Positions 1 through 13,357 of a stretch of 64,000 nt of DNA are shown here, piece by piece (positions within the stretch are counted from its first letter, which is position 1; each line of letters starts with the position of its first letter). The stretch comes from Tubulanus polymorphus (Eukaryota > Animalia > Nemertea). A model generated the notes under the pieces. That model had not been told where the DNA came from and searched no databases. It worked only from the letters and a program-made list of their open reading frames with translations. The stretch covers positions 10,676,962 through 10,740,961 of the forward strand of contig NC_134034.1 in NCBI RefSeq assembly GCF_964204645.1. The letters are read 5' to 3'. The position numbers and the translations under genes are program-made.

Positions 1-22
1 TCCTGTATCCTGCTGGCACGTG

Positions 23-454
23 CAGGGTGACCACTGGCTTGCCTTTTCCCCCTGACTATTCCCTGACTAAGTTTATTTTCCCTGACTCGATCTGCTAAGA
101 ATCTGATCAATTAACACAATCAAATACGTAAGACATTGACGGAAACTGCTTGATTTTACACTCAATCTCAAACAAATTTCCATGACTTTTCCCTGAAATA
201 CTATTCCATGATATTCAAACTATTCCATGTTGTTTCCCCTGACTATTCCCTGAAATGCGTGTTGTTTTCCCTGACTTAATCTGCTAAGAATCTGATCAAT
301 AAGCACAGCCAAATACGCGAGACATTGACAGAAACTGATTGCATGCGTGATTGAATTAGGCTATCCCTGAATTTTTAGCTTTTTAAAATAATCTTTTCTT
401 GAAGAAAAGAAAGTTCACTGACTTTACCCTGACTTCCAGGTAAGGGGCACCCTG
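23..454. mobile_element. Non-autonomous TIR element (CAGGGT ends; hAT/P-like)
   Basis: cagggtgacc...gggcaccctg; related pieces at 18454-18716 and 19064-19565. Confidence 0.55.
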
Positions 455-540
455 CCGTGCGGTTGGTTCGTAAAGAAACTGGCGAATAAATCAAATAAAC
501 AAGAAACGGAAAATCATCCCTATTTCACGATCGAACCTAC

Positions 541-779
541 CCGCCAACTATCGGCAAAATCTGTGACGCTTTCTTCGGGAAAACCGCCGCTAGGGGGCGT
601 GAAATCGTCGTCCTGGTCGTTGTTGAACGTGCCGCACAGTCCGTAGACCTGACCGTGATGTTCTTCGTTCAGTTTCACGTACAGGCGTCTGCCGGCCTCG
701 TGTACGATCTGTAAACCGGGTACGTCTTTCAATCGAATTATCTCGAACAGACCTTTGTGCGTGACGATCTTTTGAGAGC
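541..779 (-). CDS. Hemocytin-like exon, VWD3 C-terminal half
   Basis: SQKIVTHKGLF...VYGLCGTFNNDQDDDF...FADSWR; ttttcag acceptor, gtaggt donor. Confidence 0.9.
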
Positions 780-3700
780 CTGAAAAATTCAGAAAATCCG
801 TTTTTTCATCGTGACTAAAAGTGCACCGCGGTTATTTATCCTTTGAATAACTTCGATATCCGTGAAACGGAGTCTACTCTATGGTGTCATCCCCAAGGAT
901 AACTCTGATACCCGGTCTATAAATCCGGGATAAAAGATTTATACCTAAGGATAACTCTAGTCTATAAAACCGGGGTTAAGGATTTATTCCTGGGGATAAC
1001 TTTGATACCCAGTCTATAAACTGTGCACTGGTTAAGGATTCATCCCATTGGATAATTTTGACACCTACACTGGGTACGGGTCGAAGTTAACTTTCATACC
1101 AAATTCATAAAACTGGGCCCAGGTTTAGGATAAATCCCAAGGGATAAATTTAATGCCCAGTATCTAAAACTGGTCCCAGGCTAAGGATATCTCCTTAGGG
1201 ATAAATTTGGTACTCGTTCTATGAAACCAGGTCTAAGTTTATGATTTATCCGAGAGCTAAGTGTCTCGAAGAATGTTTTGTTTCAATTGAAATTAAGAGC
1301 AATTAAGACACCAATTTTAAAGAGCGAAAAATTGAAAAAAATATATGGATCCCAGTTCCGCAGTTGTTAGATAGTTAAGATTCATTTTCAATGTTTTAAC
1401 TCTTGAGTTATATTCAACTTCAGTAAGAACGAAATAAGCACTTTCAGCGACTTACCGGTTTTGACGCTGATCGATTTGACGCAAGTGACGCCGGCGCCGC
1501 ACTTCGTAATATCGGCGATGATCGCGAATTTATGTGCGTTGTCCGGTTTGCTCTGCACGAGCACGTACGTGCATTCGCCTTCGAAATCGTAAACCTTTCC
1601 GTCGAACGTGATGTAGTGATTACCGCCGTAGACGGTGCACGTTCCCTGGCACTTCTTCTCGCGACAATTCCAGTTGCGATTCTGACACGTGCTGAATAAC
1701 ATTCATAAACGATCGATTTCGTCTAATTCTTTTGTAAAATTTCAAACGATTTTTGATAAATCGGTAAATAGGATTTTTCTTTTAAATTTTGACTTTGATT
1801 TTATTTTGCAAACTCACCAAGCTCGACACTCCTCTTCGAAACTCTCGCCGTTGTGGTAGTTTTTACCGTCGTGCGTACACGGGCAGTCGTCTTCGGCGAT
1901 GCAGGTGTCGCCCTCTTTAACGAAGCCCTCGTCGCACTGGCAGCCCGGCGAGCAGCGATCCGTCTCGCAGGTCGGTCGCGATTTCAGATTGCCGCACGTC
2001 AGCGGACATTTCGATTTACACTCGACGTAGTGCGTGTTCCGGGGGCAGATGTTGGTCGCGTTGTGGTTCGGTTTCAGTTCCTGACATTGCCACTTCCCGA
2101 TCGCGCATGTGCTATTCAAATTAGGATAAATCAAACATTTATCAGACCAGCCGGGTGTGGTGCTGTAACTCCCGGCAATATTGTACTTCAAATTTCAGTA
2201 CCTTACACCCATAATCAGACTGGCACTTATTAAAATTTGAATATGTTAACAAAATTTTGGGTCGGGCACCATTTTTGTAAACAGATTATGCAAGACTGGC
2301 GCAAATTTCAGCTACAAACCTTTTTTCCAATCAATTCATTGAAATCCAAGATGTGAAACCCTGGTGAACCCTGAATATTTCAAAATCATTCAAGGGCGAG
2401 CACTATGACTATTCAGAATGTTTTCAGTTTTGTTGGATACTTTTGAACACCAGGTTTACACAATTCAACACTAAGGCAGGTTTCGATTGGTCTCTACCGA
2501 TTCGGGAATAGTATAATCTGTAAACCTGATAAAAGCGGCCGGTAGAGAGTTTGTAATCTGTCAACCTGATAGAAGGGGCCGGTAGAGAGTTTGTAATCTG
2601 TGAACCTGATAGAAGGGGCCCGTAGAGAGTTTGTAATCTGTCAACCTGATAGAAGGGGCCGGTAGAGAGTTTGTAATCTGTGAACCTGATAGAAGGGGCC
2701 GGTAGAGAGTTTGTAATCTGTAAACCTGATAGAAGCGGCCGGTAGAGAGTTTGTAATCTGTAAACCTGATAGAAGCGGCCGGTAGAGAGTTTGTAATCTG
2801 TAAACCTGATAGAAGCGGCCGGTAGAGAGTTTGTAATCTGTAAACCTGATAGAAGCGGCAGGTGGAGAGTTTATAACCCAGAATTACTGTTCTTAACCCC
2901 GAATACGTTCGATCCAAACGAAGACTTACCAAATTCTGTCGTCGATTTGATAAACGGAGCCGGACGCGAAGTCCTTACCGTCGAACAGGCACGGGCATTT
3001 TTCGACGGGAATGCACATGGAATCTTTCGACAGCGTTTGACCGCGAGGGCAGTTACAGTCGTCGATGCACGTCTCCGTGCACGGTACGTTCAGAGACACG
3101 TGACGACACGTACGTCGACACGAGCTGCCGCAAACCTGATACGTCTGCCCGCTGGAGCACGATAATTCTGTAACGGTTAAAAATTGAAGATTCTATCAAC
3201 GCAAATCCGATCAGATATTTTACAAATCGGGTAAAATTTTGGGTTGGGTGTAGATCATAACTTGTAGGCATTATACAGCGTGGCTAGAATTTACAAATCC
3301 TCTTTTCGTGTGTTTACACAAAATTCCATCTGAGAAATTTCTAGGTTTAAAATGCTAAAATTCATTCATTTTTCATTGAATCACGTACGGATCAATCAAC
3401 AGAGAAACATGTAGGCATTATCCGAATTCCCTGAGTTTTCCAGGACCCAGTTCCACAGTTGTGAGTTAGAGATAACTCTGAGTTAAAACTAGTTCATCGT
3501 CAATTAGTTAACTCCGAGTTAAACCTTAACTCAGAACTGAACTTGAGGTTACTTACTGCATTTATCGACTTGATTTCGCCATAAAATGAACACTCCCATT
3601 TTGGCGCACTGCGCCGCGTACGAGGCGTGGCTCGAACACTGACAACCGGCGGTCTTACACGCGCACATGTCTGCTTTGCAATCTTTGAAATACGGCGTCA

Positions 3701-4687
3701 TATCGACGACGTGCCAACAAGCTAAAAATAGATTCAAAATATTTTAGTCATACAGCGGGTTAACTCAAAATCATAAGCAAAGGCATGGATTTGAAATATT
3801 CAGGGATGAAAACGGCCCATATTGAAAAAGTTGGAAAATATTTCCAAAAAAAGAATTTTTTGGGGAACAAAAATCAGTAACTTTTAGCCAAAAAACTTAC
3901 TTCCTTTTGGGCAAAATGTTAATAGTTTGGGCCTAAATTAGAGCCGCTTTTTAAATGAGACGCCATATCGGTTTCTCCGACTCCACAGTTGTGCTAACAA
4001 CTGCCGAAAACCGTCTTAAGGAGCACTCCTAACTACGGAGCACTCCGATGTGACGCCCGCGATTGAGGCGATTAAAGCGATTGAGGTGATTTACACTGTT
4101 CTCAGGAATAAAGAAAATGTTAGAAAAGGTCGGAAATCCGTCTATGGTCGGAAGATTTTCATCCCTGAATATTTCAGTCTCATATCGGAGAAACCTAATA
4201 TCAACGGAAAGGATTCAAAATATTATAGAGTCTCATACCAGGATTATGTAGGCGACAACATGTCGGCAAATGAGTGAGAACCTACCTTTAAACAGCGCGC
4301 TCTTTTTGGTTAAAGCCAAACATTCGGATTCGGCGTTAGGTTTCGGGTTCAGGGAGCACGGATCGTCGGTTGGCGGGGTCGGCACGCAATCCTCGTCGCT
4401 CATCCATTTATTCGCGAAGTGATACGCCGACGATTCGACGTCGCCCATCGGCGTCAGGAAGTCGTCGTTCTGGTTGTGGTTGAAAGTGCCGCAAAGACCT
4501 TGCGTCCGTTTGAAGAACGTCGCCGGCGCGTAGACCCGCACCGTCGTACGGCGATTCCACATAACCCGTAATCCGTTCGGAAGTCGAACCTTCGCGGGAA
4601 ATAGAGCAAATAAAATGATAAGGATCCTTCACAAAATTGTTATCATTGCCCTTATTGCTATTAATCTTCATCTGTTTTTTAACATTA

Positions 4688-4734
<47 letters not shown>

Positions 4735-7700
4735 ATTATTATTATCATTAAGTATTATAATCCTTCCTATTATTATGAATATGGATAAATATTATAGTGT
4801 TAATGATATTCATATATTATAAAGTGACATATATATCTATTTGTATTGCACCTTGCACATAATGCACGTGGGCACAGTGCCTTAGTAATTATAAGTACAG
4901 CCCTCGGCTCGCACTGTGTCCCTCATCTTATGTCTGTTAAAACTATGTTTAACTCCTATCTTGTATCTTGCATGACATAATGATGAAAAATAAATATTAT
5001 TATATATTATATTATAGACCCGTCTAGAAAAGAAGGCTACCTCCATAAAATCCACTGTAACATATCATAAAATTACCTCGCAATTTGATCTAAGATAAGA
5101 TGACAGTCTATAGATAAAATTTGCAGGCGTTTTGATGATCTCATTGGCGGATTCGATGGGGAAGCCATCTTTTTTCAGTTCTACCATATCCATGAATGAA
5201 GTGAAAACAGCCATAATTTCTTATGTCCGTGGTTCCCACAGTTACGTGGGTTATAAATTCCCGAGTTTTTCCCAAGTAATTCATGGGTGATTTTTTCAAT
5301 TTTTCCCAAATGGAAAATTGGGCCTTCATAGAAATGAACAGATACCATCATACTACAGTCAACATTTTAGCGTTGACTGGTGATAAAGGTAATTTCAAGA
5401 GAAATTGCCGAAGAAAGTTGCCCTTAGCGAATGCAATACGTGAAATGTAAATGAATTTCCCAAATATTTCCCCGATTAAAGGCAAATTTCTCAAATATTT
5501 CCAAACTAGGAATCATTTACCAGGTATTTCAAAATTCCCAAGTTTTTACCAATTACCCTGTTCAATGGGAACCATGTAGGTTGTCAAAAGGACATCGCCA
5601 GTGAATCTAGCTCCCGGGATTCCCTCACTAGCCGAAAAGTAAACTTTCAATTTCTTTACCATTATTGTATTCTGCGCGGCTTCATAAATCACGCGACCGT
5701 CCGAAACTAACGGCAGCATCGACGTTTTATATGTTTTCTCTCGTCCAAGTGTTATCTTTAAAACAAACAAACAAACATTTTCAACACACTTCGAGAACGT
5801 TTGGTCCGTTCCGAATTGGAACGGACCAAACAACAGGGTGGTGCCACTTTCCGCCAATTTACAAATCCCCTTAGTTTTCCCTGATTTTTCCGTGTTATAA
5901 CACATAATCCCTTGGGGCCAGTTGCATAGCCATGGCTTAGACGTAAGACCAGTCTAAGATCAACTTAGTTCTATAGTTAATCTAACAACTTTACACCGGT
6001 CTCACTATTCAAGACCACTTTTGGAATCAAGTAACGACTGTGTTCCCTGATTTTTCCGTGTAATAACAAATAATCCCTTGGTGTTGGTTGCATAGTCAGG
6101 GCTTAGACGTAAGACCAGTCTAAGATCAACTTAGTTCTATACTTAATCTAACAACTTTACACCGGTCTCGCTATTCAAGACCACTTTTGGAATCAAGTCA
6201 CGACTGCGCAACTGGGCCCTGAGCATATCTGAGTAATTTCTAGGTTTAACCCTTTCAGTGCGTCTACACCGCAGTGCGGTGTATAAATCAGTGATAGATT
6301 TTGCTAGTACACCACAATGTTGTGTATTGATGTAATTAGTAATTATCTCTCTTGAATGATGGCAGCACCTGTCAAACATAGTGAAATATTAGTAACTAAC
6401 AATACACCGCGCCGCAGTGTAGACGCACCATAGTGGTATTCCCGTTATTCAACACACTAGGGTGGAATTCTTAAGAAATTTCAAATTATCTCCAGCACTA
6501 TAGGGTATTAATTAGTCAGCACTGAAAGGGTTAAAATGTTATAATTCATCCCTTTTTTCATCGAAACCACCATCGATGGCGCCACCCTGAACGAGATATT
6601 TCGATGTTTTTCGGGATTTTCGTCACCTTTTTGCCGTTGAATTCGATTTCGACCGACTTCACGCACGTCGTACTCGCGCCGCAATCTTCGTTCGTTATCG
6701 CGATCGAGTAATCGTCGCCTTTCATCAAATAGTACGAACAATCGCCCATGAATTCGTAGTGTTTGCCGTCGAACGTTTTGAAATGCGGGTCGCCGGCGGC
6801 GATGCACACCGCCTCGCAGACGTCGGTCGTGCAATTGAAATTACCGCCGTTACAAACGCTGAAAATAGAGAGACCGTTCCAAATTCTGGGAGCGACACAA
6901 GAAAAGGCACGTCCATCAAAAGGAAAAGTCGTTAGATTGAAAGTTGGTTCCAAAAGTTTGTTACATACAAACTTCAGTTGGTAGGCATGGAAACATATTG
7001 TTAAACTTTCATGGAGTCTCTTTTCTCTCATGAACCCGTTTTAGTGAAGATTTTTTGGATATCCTATAATACAGTTTAAAATGGATTAAAAAACGATGTT
7101 TTATGTTAACTGCCAGTACTTTCTGGTCCTAATATGACTTTCATCAGGTAGCTCTTTGTACCACCAAAACTGACTGAGCTAGGCCACCTGAAATGCTCTT
7201 AAGTCAAGTTGAAATAGACCTAAATCAATGGCTGCTGATTCAGACTCCAGGGGCCGGTTGTATAGTCATGGCTTAGACTTAAGACCAGTCTAAGACCAAC
7301 TTAGTTCTCTAGCCAATCTAACAACTTAAGACCAGTCTTAAGATTAAAGACCACTTTTGGACTTAAGTCACGACTGTGCAACTGGCCTCAGAGTCCTAAA
7401 TCAACCGTTGACTCAGACTCCTAAGTCAACCAATGACTCCTTTCGGATACTGACCATCTATTGCAATCTCTCGGCACAGTCTGCCCGTGGTGTACGATTT
7501 CTCCCTTCTCGACGCACGGGCATCTATCGTCCCGGTAACAGTAACCGTCGTGTAGTCTGTGCCCGTCCGGACAGTGACATCCGTCGACGCAGTGTTCGTC
7601 TTTACACAGGTACGGCGTGTCGTCGCACGTTTTAGGACACGACGTTCCGCATTGTTTATAAACCATGCCAGACGGACAATTCATCGCTGAAACCGAAAAT

Positions 7701-10700
7701 CAGTCGCATCAGCGCAACTAGATACAGGTTTGATGAAAAAAACTACGATCATAAAACTAAACAAGGTTTTGATCTGTCTCTATCGATTTCGGAATTCTCT
7801 TCCGGTGCACCATCTTCCGGTGATTCATTCAACCAGAATATGCTCTACCTATTCTGGAATAGGATAATATACCTGTAAACCTGATAGAAGCGATCGGTAG
7901 AGTTTGTTGGATCTACCAATTTTGGGACTCTCCTCTGGTGCGTTCATTTTGACCAGAATACGCTCTACCTATTTTTGAATAGCATAATCTGAAAACTTGA
8001 TAGAACTGGCCGGTAGAGTTTGAACTGCTGAACTGGAATATGTTAAATCTAGCCTAGCGAGTAGCAATGTTTTCACTAAATTCGATGAGCCATTATCAAA
8101 CTAACCATTTTCAAAATTCTCAATAAAATTGAGCCTGAACATCACATCACTCTAAGTTTTACTTCGTAATTGAGTTTTTCTTCAATTAAATTTTTGACTT
8201 CGCTAAATGGAAACGTAGATCCAGTTTGCCATCGGATTTTTTACTTACGGCATATTTTGTCTGTTCTCCAATCGACGATGACTTTAGTTTTCATGCACAC
8301 TCTCGCGTACGCTGCCAGCGACGAGCAGACGCATCGCTCACGGTCGGCAGACGTTTTACCATTGCACGAACAGTAGTCAGTTTTACATGCTCGGAAATAC
8401 GGAGTTGAATCGACAACCTTAAACAATTAAAAACACCTGCAGGTTGAAAGGTCTAATGACTTTGGATCCAGTTCCACAGTTGTGTGGGTCTAATTTGACT
8501 GTGAACCCAGTTCCTCAGTTTTTCTTGGCTTTCATTTGGTTCCGAACCCAGTTCCAGAGTTGTGTGGATTAATTTGACGCTGGATCCAGTTCCACAGATT
8601 TGTGGGTTTAATTTGACTCTGAATCCAGTTCCACAGATGTGTGGGTCTAATTTGACTATGAACCCAGTTCCACAGAGTAATGGAATTCATTTGGTTCTGA
8701 ACCCAGTTCAACAGTTGTGTGGATTAAACTCGCGATCCAGTTCCACAGGTGTGTGGGTTTAATTTGACTCTGGATCCAGTTCCACAGTTGTGTGGGTTTG
8801 GGTCTGAACCAAGTCCCACGGTTAGGTGCGAGTTCAACATAAGTTCGAAATATTATCACTTACAGGATGACAAGATTTGAATGAATCCGATTCCAGCAAT
8901 ATTGATTTACAATAATCATTTGCTTCCACGCTACATTTTGAGTCGGCGTCCGGTTTCGTCGGATTATTGCAGTTCTCTAAAAATAACATTTACAACAGAA
9001 CATTTCGAATCAGTTAAATCCGACGCCCGGCGCACGCCTTTGATCGCATGGTTTTATCGCATCATCGTAAAGGTATGCGGTGGCATCCGGAGCCGATTTC
9101 ATCGCATCATCGCAACAAATCAAACCTGTATGATATTTTCGCATGCGATTTTTCCGTGCGATAAAAATCGTAAAGGTATGCGGGCTACGCTGCCGATGTT
9201 CTGCACGAAAATTTTTGGTAGCCAATCAGAATTAAGGATGAAGCAGTCACATGATGCTCAAAATTGGCGGCTCAGTCACGTGATTGAAATCGCATGCCAT
9301 GACACGATGATCGCAAAAGTGTGCGCCCGGCTTTAGATCACAATAATCCGTGATGAAACAATAAACATAAAATCCCACAATCGCTGCAAAAGACTAAAAT
9401 GTTATATCTAAGATACTAGAAATATCTAAATATCTCTACCATCCTTCTTCAGACTGACCACCCGAAATATATCTAGTATCTTAAATAAACTTTTTCATCT
9501 TCCAACGATTGTGGGATTTTACATATTCATTTAATGAAAAAAAACTGGCAATTTTTGGGGGAAAATCACCAGGGGTCAGTTGCTCAAAAGTTGGTTACAG
9601 TTAACCAGTGGATAGTTGCCAAAATTAAAGATCCGCGGTATTTATCTGGGGCTGCAGTTTTGAACGACCGGCCCAAGAAAGTTGGCGCCTTACCTTGAGT
9701 GAGACCAGTCGTCCACTTTTCAACGAACACGTCTTTATTAGTCGTCACCAGTCCGTTCGGTAGTCGGAAATCGTCGCCTCGAATTCCGTTGAAATTGCCG
9801 CACAAACCGCACGTTCTGTTGCGCAGAGAATTGCCGGCGTCGATGGTAACCGCGTCGTTTCCGTCCCATCGAATCGTCGCGACGTTGATCAGACGAACGT
9901 AGATATATTTCGAAACCTACGGAAATAAATTTGAGCCACATTCGAATTGTTGAAGTTATTTAGAATGAGAAAGTCATCAGTAACTAATCATAATTTTACT
10001 GAATAGTTGAAGTCATCGATAATGAAAAGGCAGTCATCAGTAATTAATCATAATTTTACTGAATCGTTGAAGTCATCAGGAATGAGGTCTCCATTATTGA
10101 ATAATCATAATTTTACTGAAACTTTGAGAAGTCAACGAGGATAAAAACGTTGTCACTTCAACAGAGATTTAGCATGTATCCAACAATAATTGAATAAAAG
10201 GTTGTCACTATAGCAACCTGATCACAATTTAACCGTTAACCGAATTCGGATCTCACCTGATCGATCATGACGCCTTCTTTCACGAACGGTAAACTGACCG
10301 GCTGTTTTTCGTACCTGACGACCGACAAACCGCGAAAATTTGACGACAACACGACCTCGATTCGACTCATACGAATGATCACATCTCTGAATGAACAAAA
10401 CAACTCAATTCATAAAACATTACCGTCTATAAAAACGAGGCCGCTCCATAATCATTGTTTATTTGTCTACAAACGAATCAATCGCTTGAGGGATTAACCG
10501 ATGTTGTTAAAGGGGACTTACGCAAGTGGCCATCTTTTTTTAAATCTCAAAGTAGGGATTGAACCTGTTATCTATTTGATCGGTAGAATCCGTTAGATTT
10601 TTTTATTCGATGTCCCTTACAGAACCACCACACCTGCCGGGAGCGAAACAGGCAGTTTGAATTTGAAATCGAAAATCGAAGTGGCCATCTCCTAGCAGGG

Positions 10701-13308
10701 TGGGCAGACGTAGAATGTTACAACAGACCTCGCAGAACAGAGCCTCCATGTGAGGCGCTCGAAAAACCTGAAATGCCCTTTTTTGTGAGTAAATACCCAA
10801 GGACACTAAAATACAATTAGTTTTTTGGTAGAGATTGAAGGTGTGCGCTTCCTCCGAATATTTCATCAAAATGATTAAAAATAACTTAATCGCGAATTGA
10901 GGTCGATTCCTGTAATTTCACTTTTTTTCCCCGTCGTGGCGAGGTAGTCAATATATTATACCCCGGATCCTGCCGCCCTCTGGTGAGTATTCTGAATCGA
11001 CACTTACCTCGGACAGGAAGTCGGATTGAAGCAGCTCGGTTTATTCGCGATGACGACGGAGAACGTTTTCAAAAGACAATCGCGCGCGAGAAGATATTCG
11101 CACGAACCGTCGAAATGAAACATCTGCGAGTCGAATGTCCGAACATGCGACCGGCCCCAAACGCTGCACCAACCCGGTCCGGTCACCGGCGCAACTGTCA
11201 AATATACATGCATTACAAAAATACAATTGAGCTATATGATCTAGGGCTTGCTCGGTCTACACTAAGGTGTGTATTACAGAAATTCATCATCAGGGGCCAG
11301 GTTTATAGACTGGTATCAACTTTAACAGAGGGGGCCAGTTGCATAGTAGCGGCTTAGACTTAAGACCAGTCTAAGACCAACTTCGTTCTATAGCCAATCT
11401 AACAACTTAAGACCAGTCTCAAGATTTGAGACCACTTTTGGACTTAAGTCACGACCGTGCAACTGGGCCCGGGGTTAACTAATTTGAAAATGAATTGAGT
11501 TAACCCCTGGGTTAAAGATAATACCATACTATAAATTCGGGCCCAGAAGATAATCGTAATTCTACTGATAATTTTACTGAATCGTTGAAGTCATCGAGAA
11601 TGAGAAAGTCATCATTAGTAACTTATCACAATTTCTGAGGTTATTCACTTGTGATTGCTAACGAATCATAATTTTACTGAATCATTGAAGTGATTGAGCT
11701 AGGTTTTTATTTCAATGTGGTGCGTCCTCGCTTGCCAGGGTTTGATTGCCTCCCGCCGAAGCTCACGCCGACTCAAACCCCACACGCACTTCCGACATCC
11801 CTCTAGGTATTCCAAGTCATCCTTAAACAGGCTTGAGGTTATTCAGAACAAAGTTGCGATTAGTAACTAATCATAATTTTACTGAATCATTGAAGTTATC
11901 GAGCTAAGATTTTATTTCACTGTGGTGCATCCTCGCTTGCCAGGGTTTGACTGCCTGCCGTCGAACGTAACGTTAACACAAAGCCTGGCTGCAGACCCTT
12001 CATTGGTCTATCATTTCATGTCACCCCAAATATGCTTACCAGTAGTGATTAGTGGAGTTGTGGTAGTTGGGCTGATCGTAGTGGTCGTCGTCGGCAAATC
12101 TGAAATCATAAAATCGAAATCTCACATGAATACGGGTGATGTAATTATTGCCAGGGATCAATTTTGTAGACTGGTATCAACCCAAGGGCTAACATGTAAT
12201 TTGAAAATGAATTGAGTTATAGCCCCTGGGGCCGGTTGCATGGCTTAAAATTAAGACCAGTCTAAGACCAACTTAGTTCTATAGCCAATCTAACAATCTA
12301 AGACCAGTCTTAAGATTGAAGACTGGCCCCTGGGTAAAAGATAATACCGTACCAGTCTATAAAACCGGGCCCAGGGGCCGGTTCCTCAGTTGAGACTTAA
12401 GTCCAAAAATGGTCTTAAATTCTAAGACTGGTCTTAAGTTGTTAGATTGGTTATAGAACTAAGATGGTCTTAAATTGGTCTTAAGTCTAAGCCATGACAA
12501 TTGAACCAGGCCCAGGAGTCTCTCGACACAGTTGCACACTGTAATGAGTTAACAGTTAAAATAAATCCATTCTCCATCCCTCTATTTTCCCTTACTCTTT
12601 TCTCCACGTTTTCAACTTCAAGTTTTCCAAGCCACGCACCTCGGTTCATGTGCAGGGTGTAAATTAGCCGATCAGAATGAGTCATCGAAAATAGAAATAG
12701 CGTTAACTGGAACTTACTGAATTTGCAGTGTCTGATAGTTTCGACGCCCGGAGTCCAGCGACCGACGAGATCGCAGACGTAAACAAAGTGCGAGCCGGTC
12801 GGGCAGAATATTTCGCAGCGAGTTTCCTTCGCGTTGTGTTGGCATTGTATCGCTCCGAGCAGCGGTGGATCGGGCTTCTTACAGTTCGACAACGCTGTTA
12901 AAACATCTCATACGTTATAAATGATTATATACCGACACAGCGACGAACTCAGGTGGAATTAGATCTTAGGTAGAGAGTCTAGATAATTCAAGATCCATAG
13001 AAGCAAAACAGTACAAATCGCATTTTCTAATCAGTAATATATATTTATTAAGCGAACGTTTTCGAGGTTTAGATAATTAACTACTAGTCAAATATCTTCA
13101 CTCAGTAATTTAGATTGTGTGTAATTAACTATCTTTATATTGTAATTATCTTGTCACGCAGTAATTTGAAATTTTGTTTGTAATTAGCTTCATCTTATTC
13201 CGTAAAAATACCAGAATGATATGAAAATTTAATCATTTGCGCTATGCATGAAGAGGGGATAATGTAACTCCTGAAAACGTTCGCTTAATAAATATATATT
13301 ACTAATTA

Positions 13309-13357
<49 letters not shown>

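Noticed and set aside
827-885. Candidate for the missing VWD3 exon (…DIEVIQRINNR)
   Set aside because: No phase-compatible acceptor, and the downstream intron would be only 47 nt.
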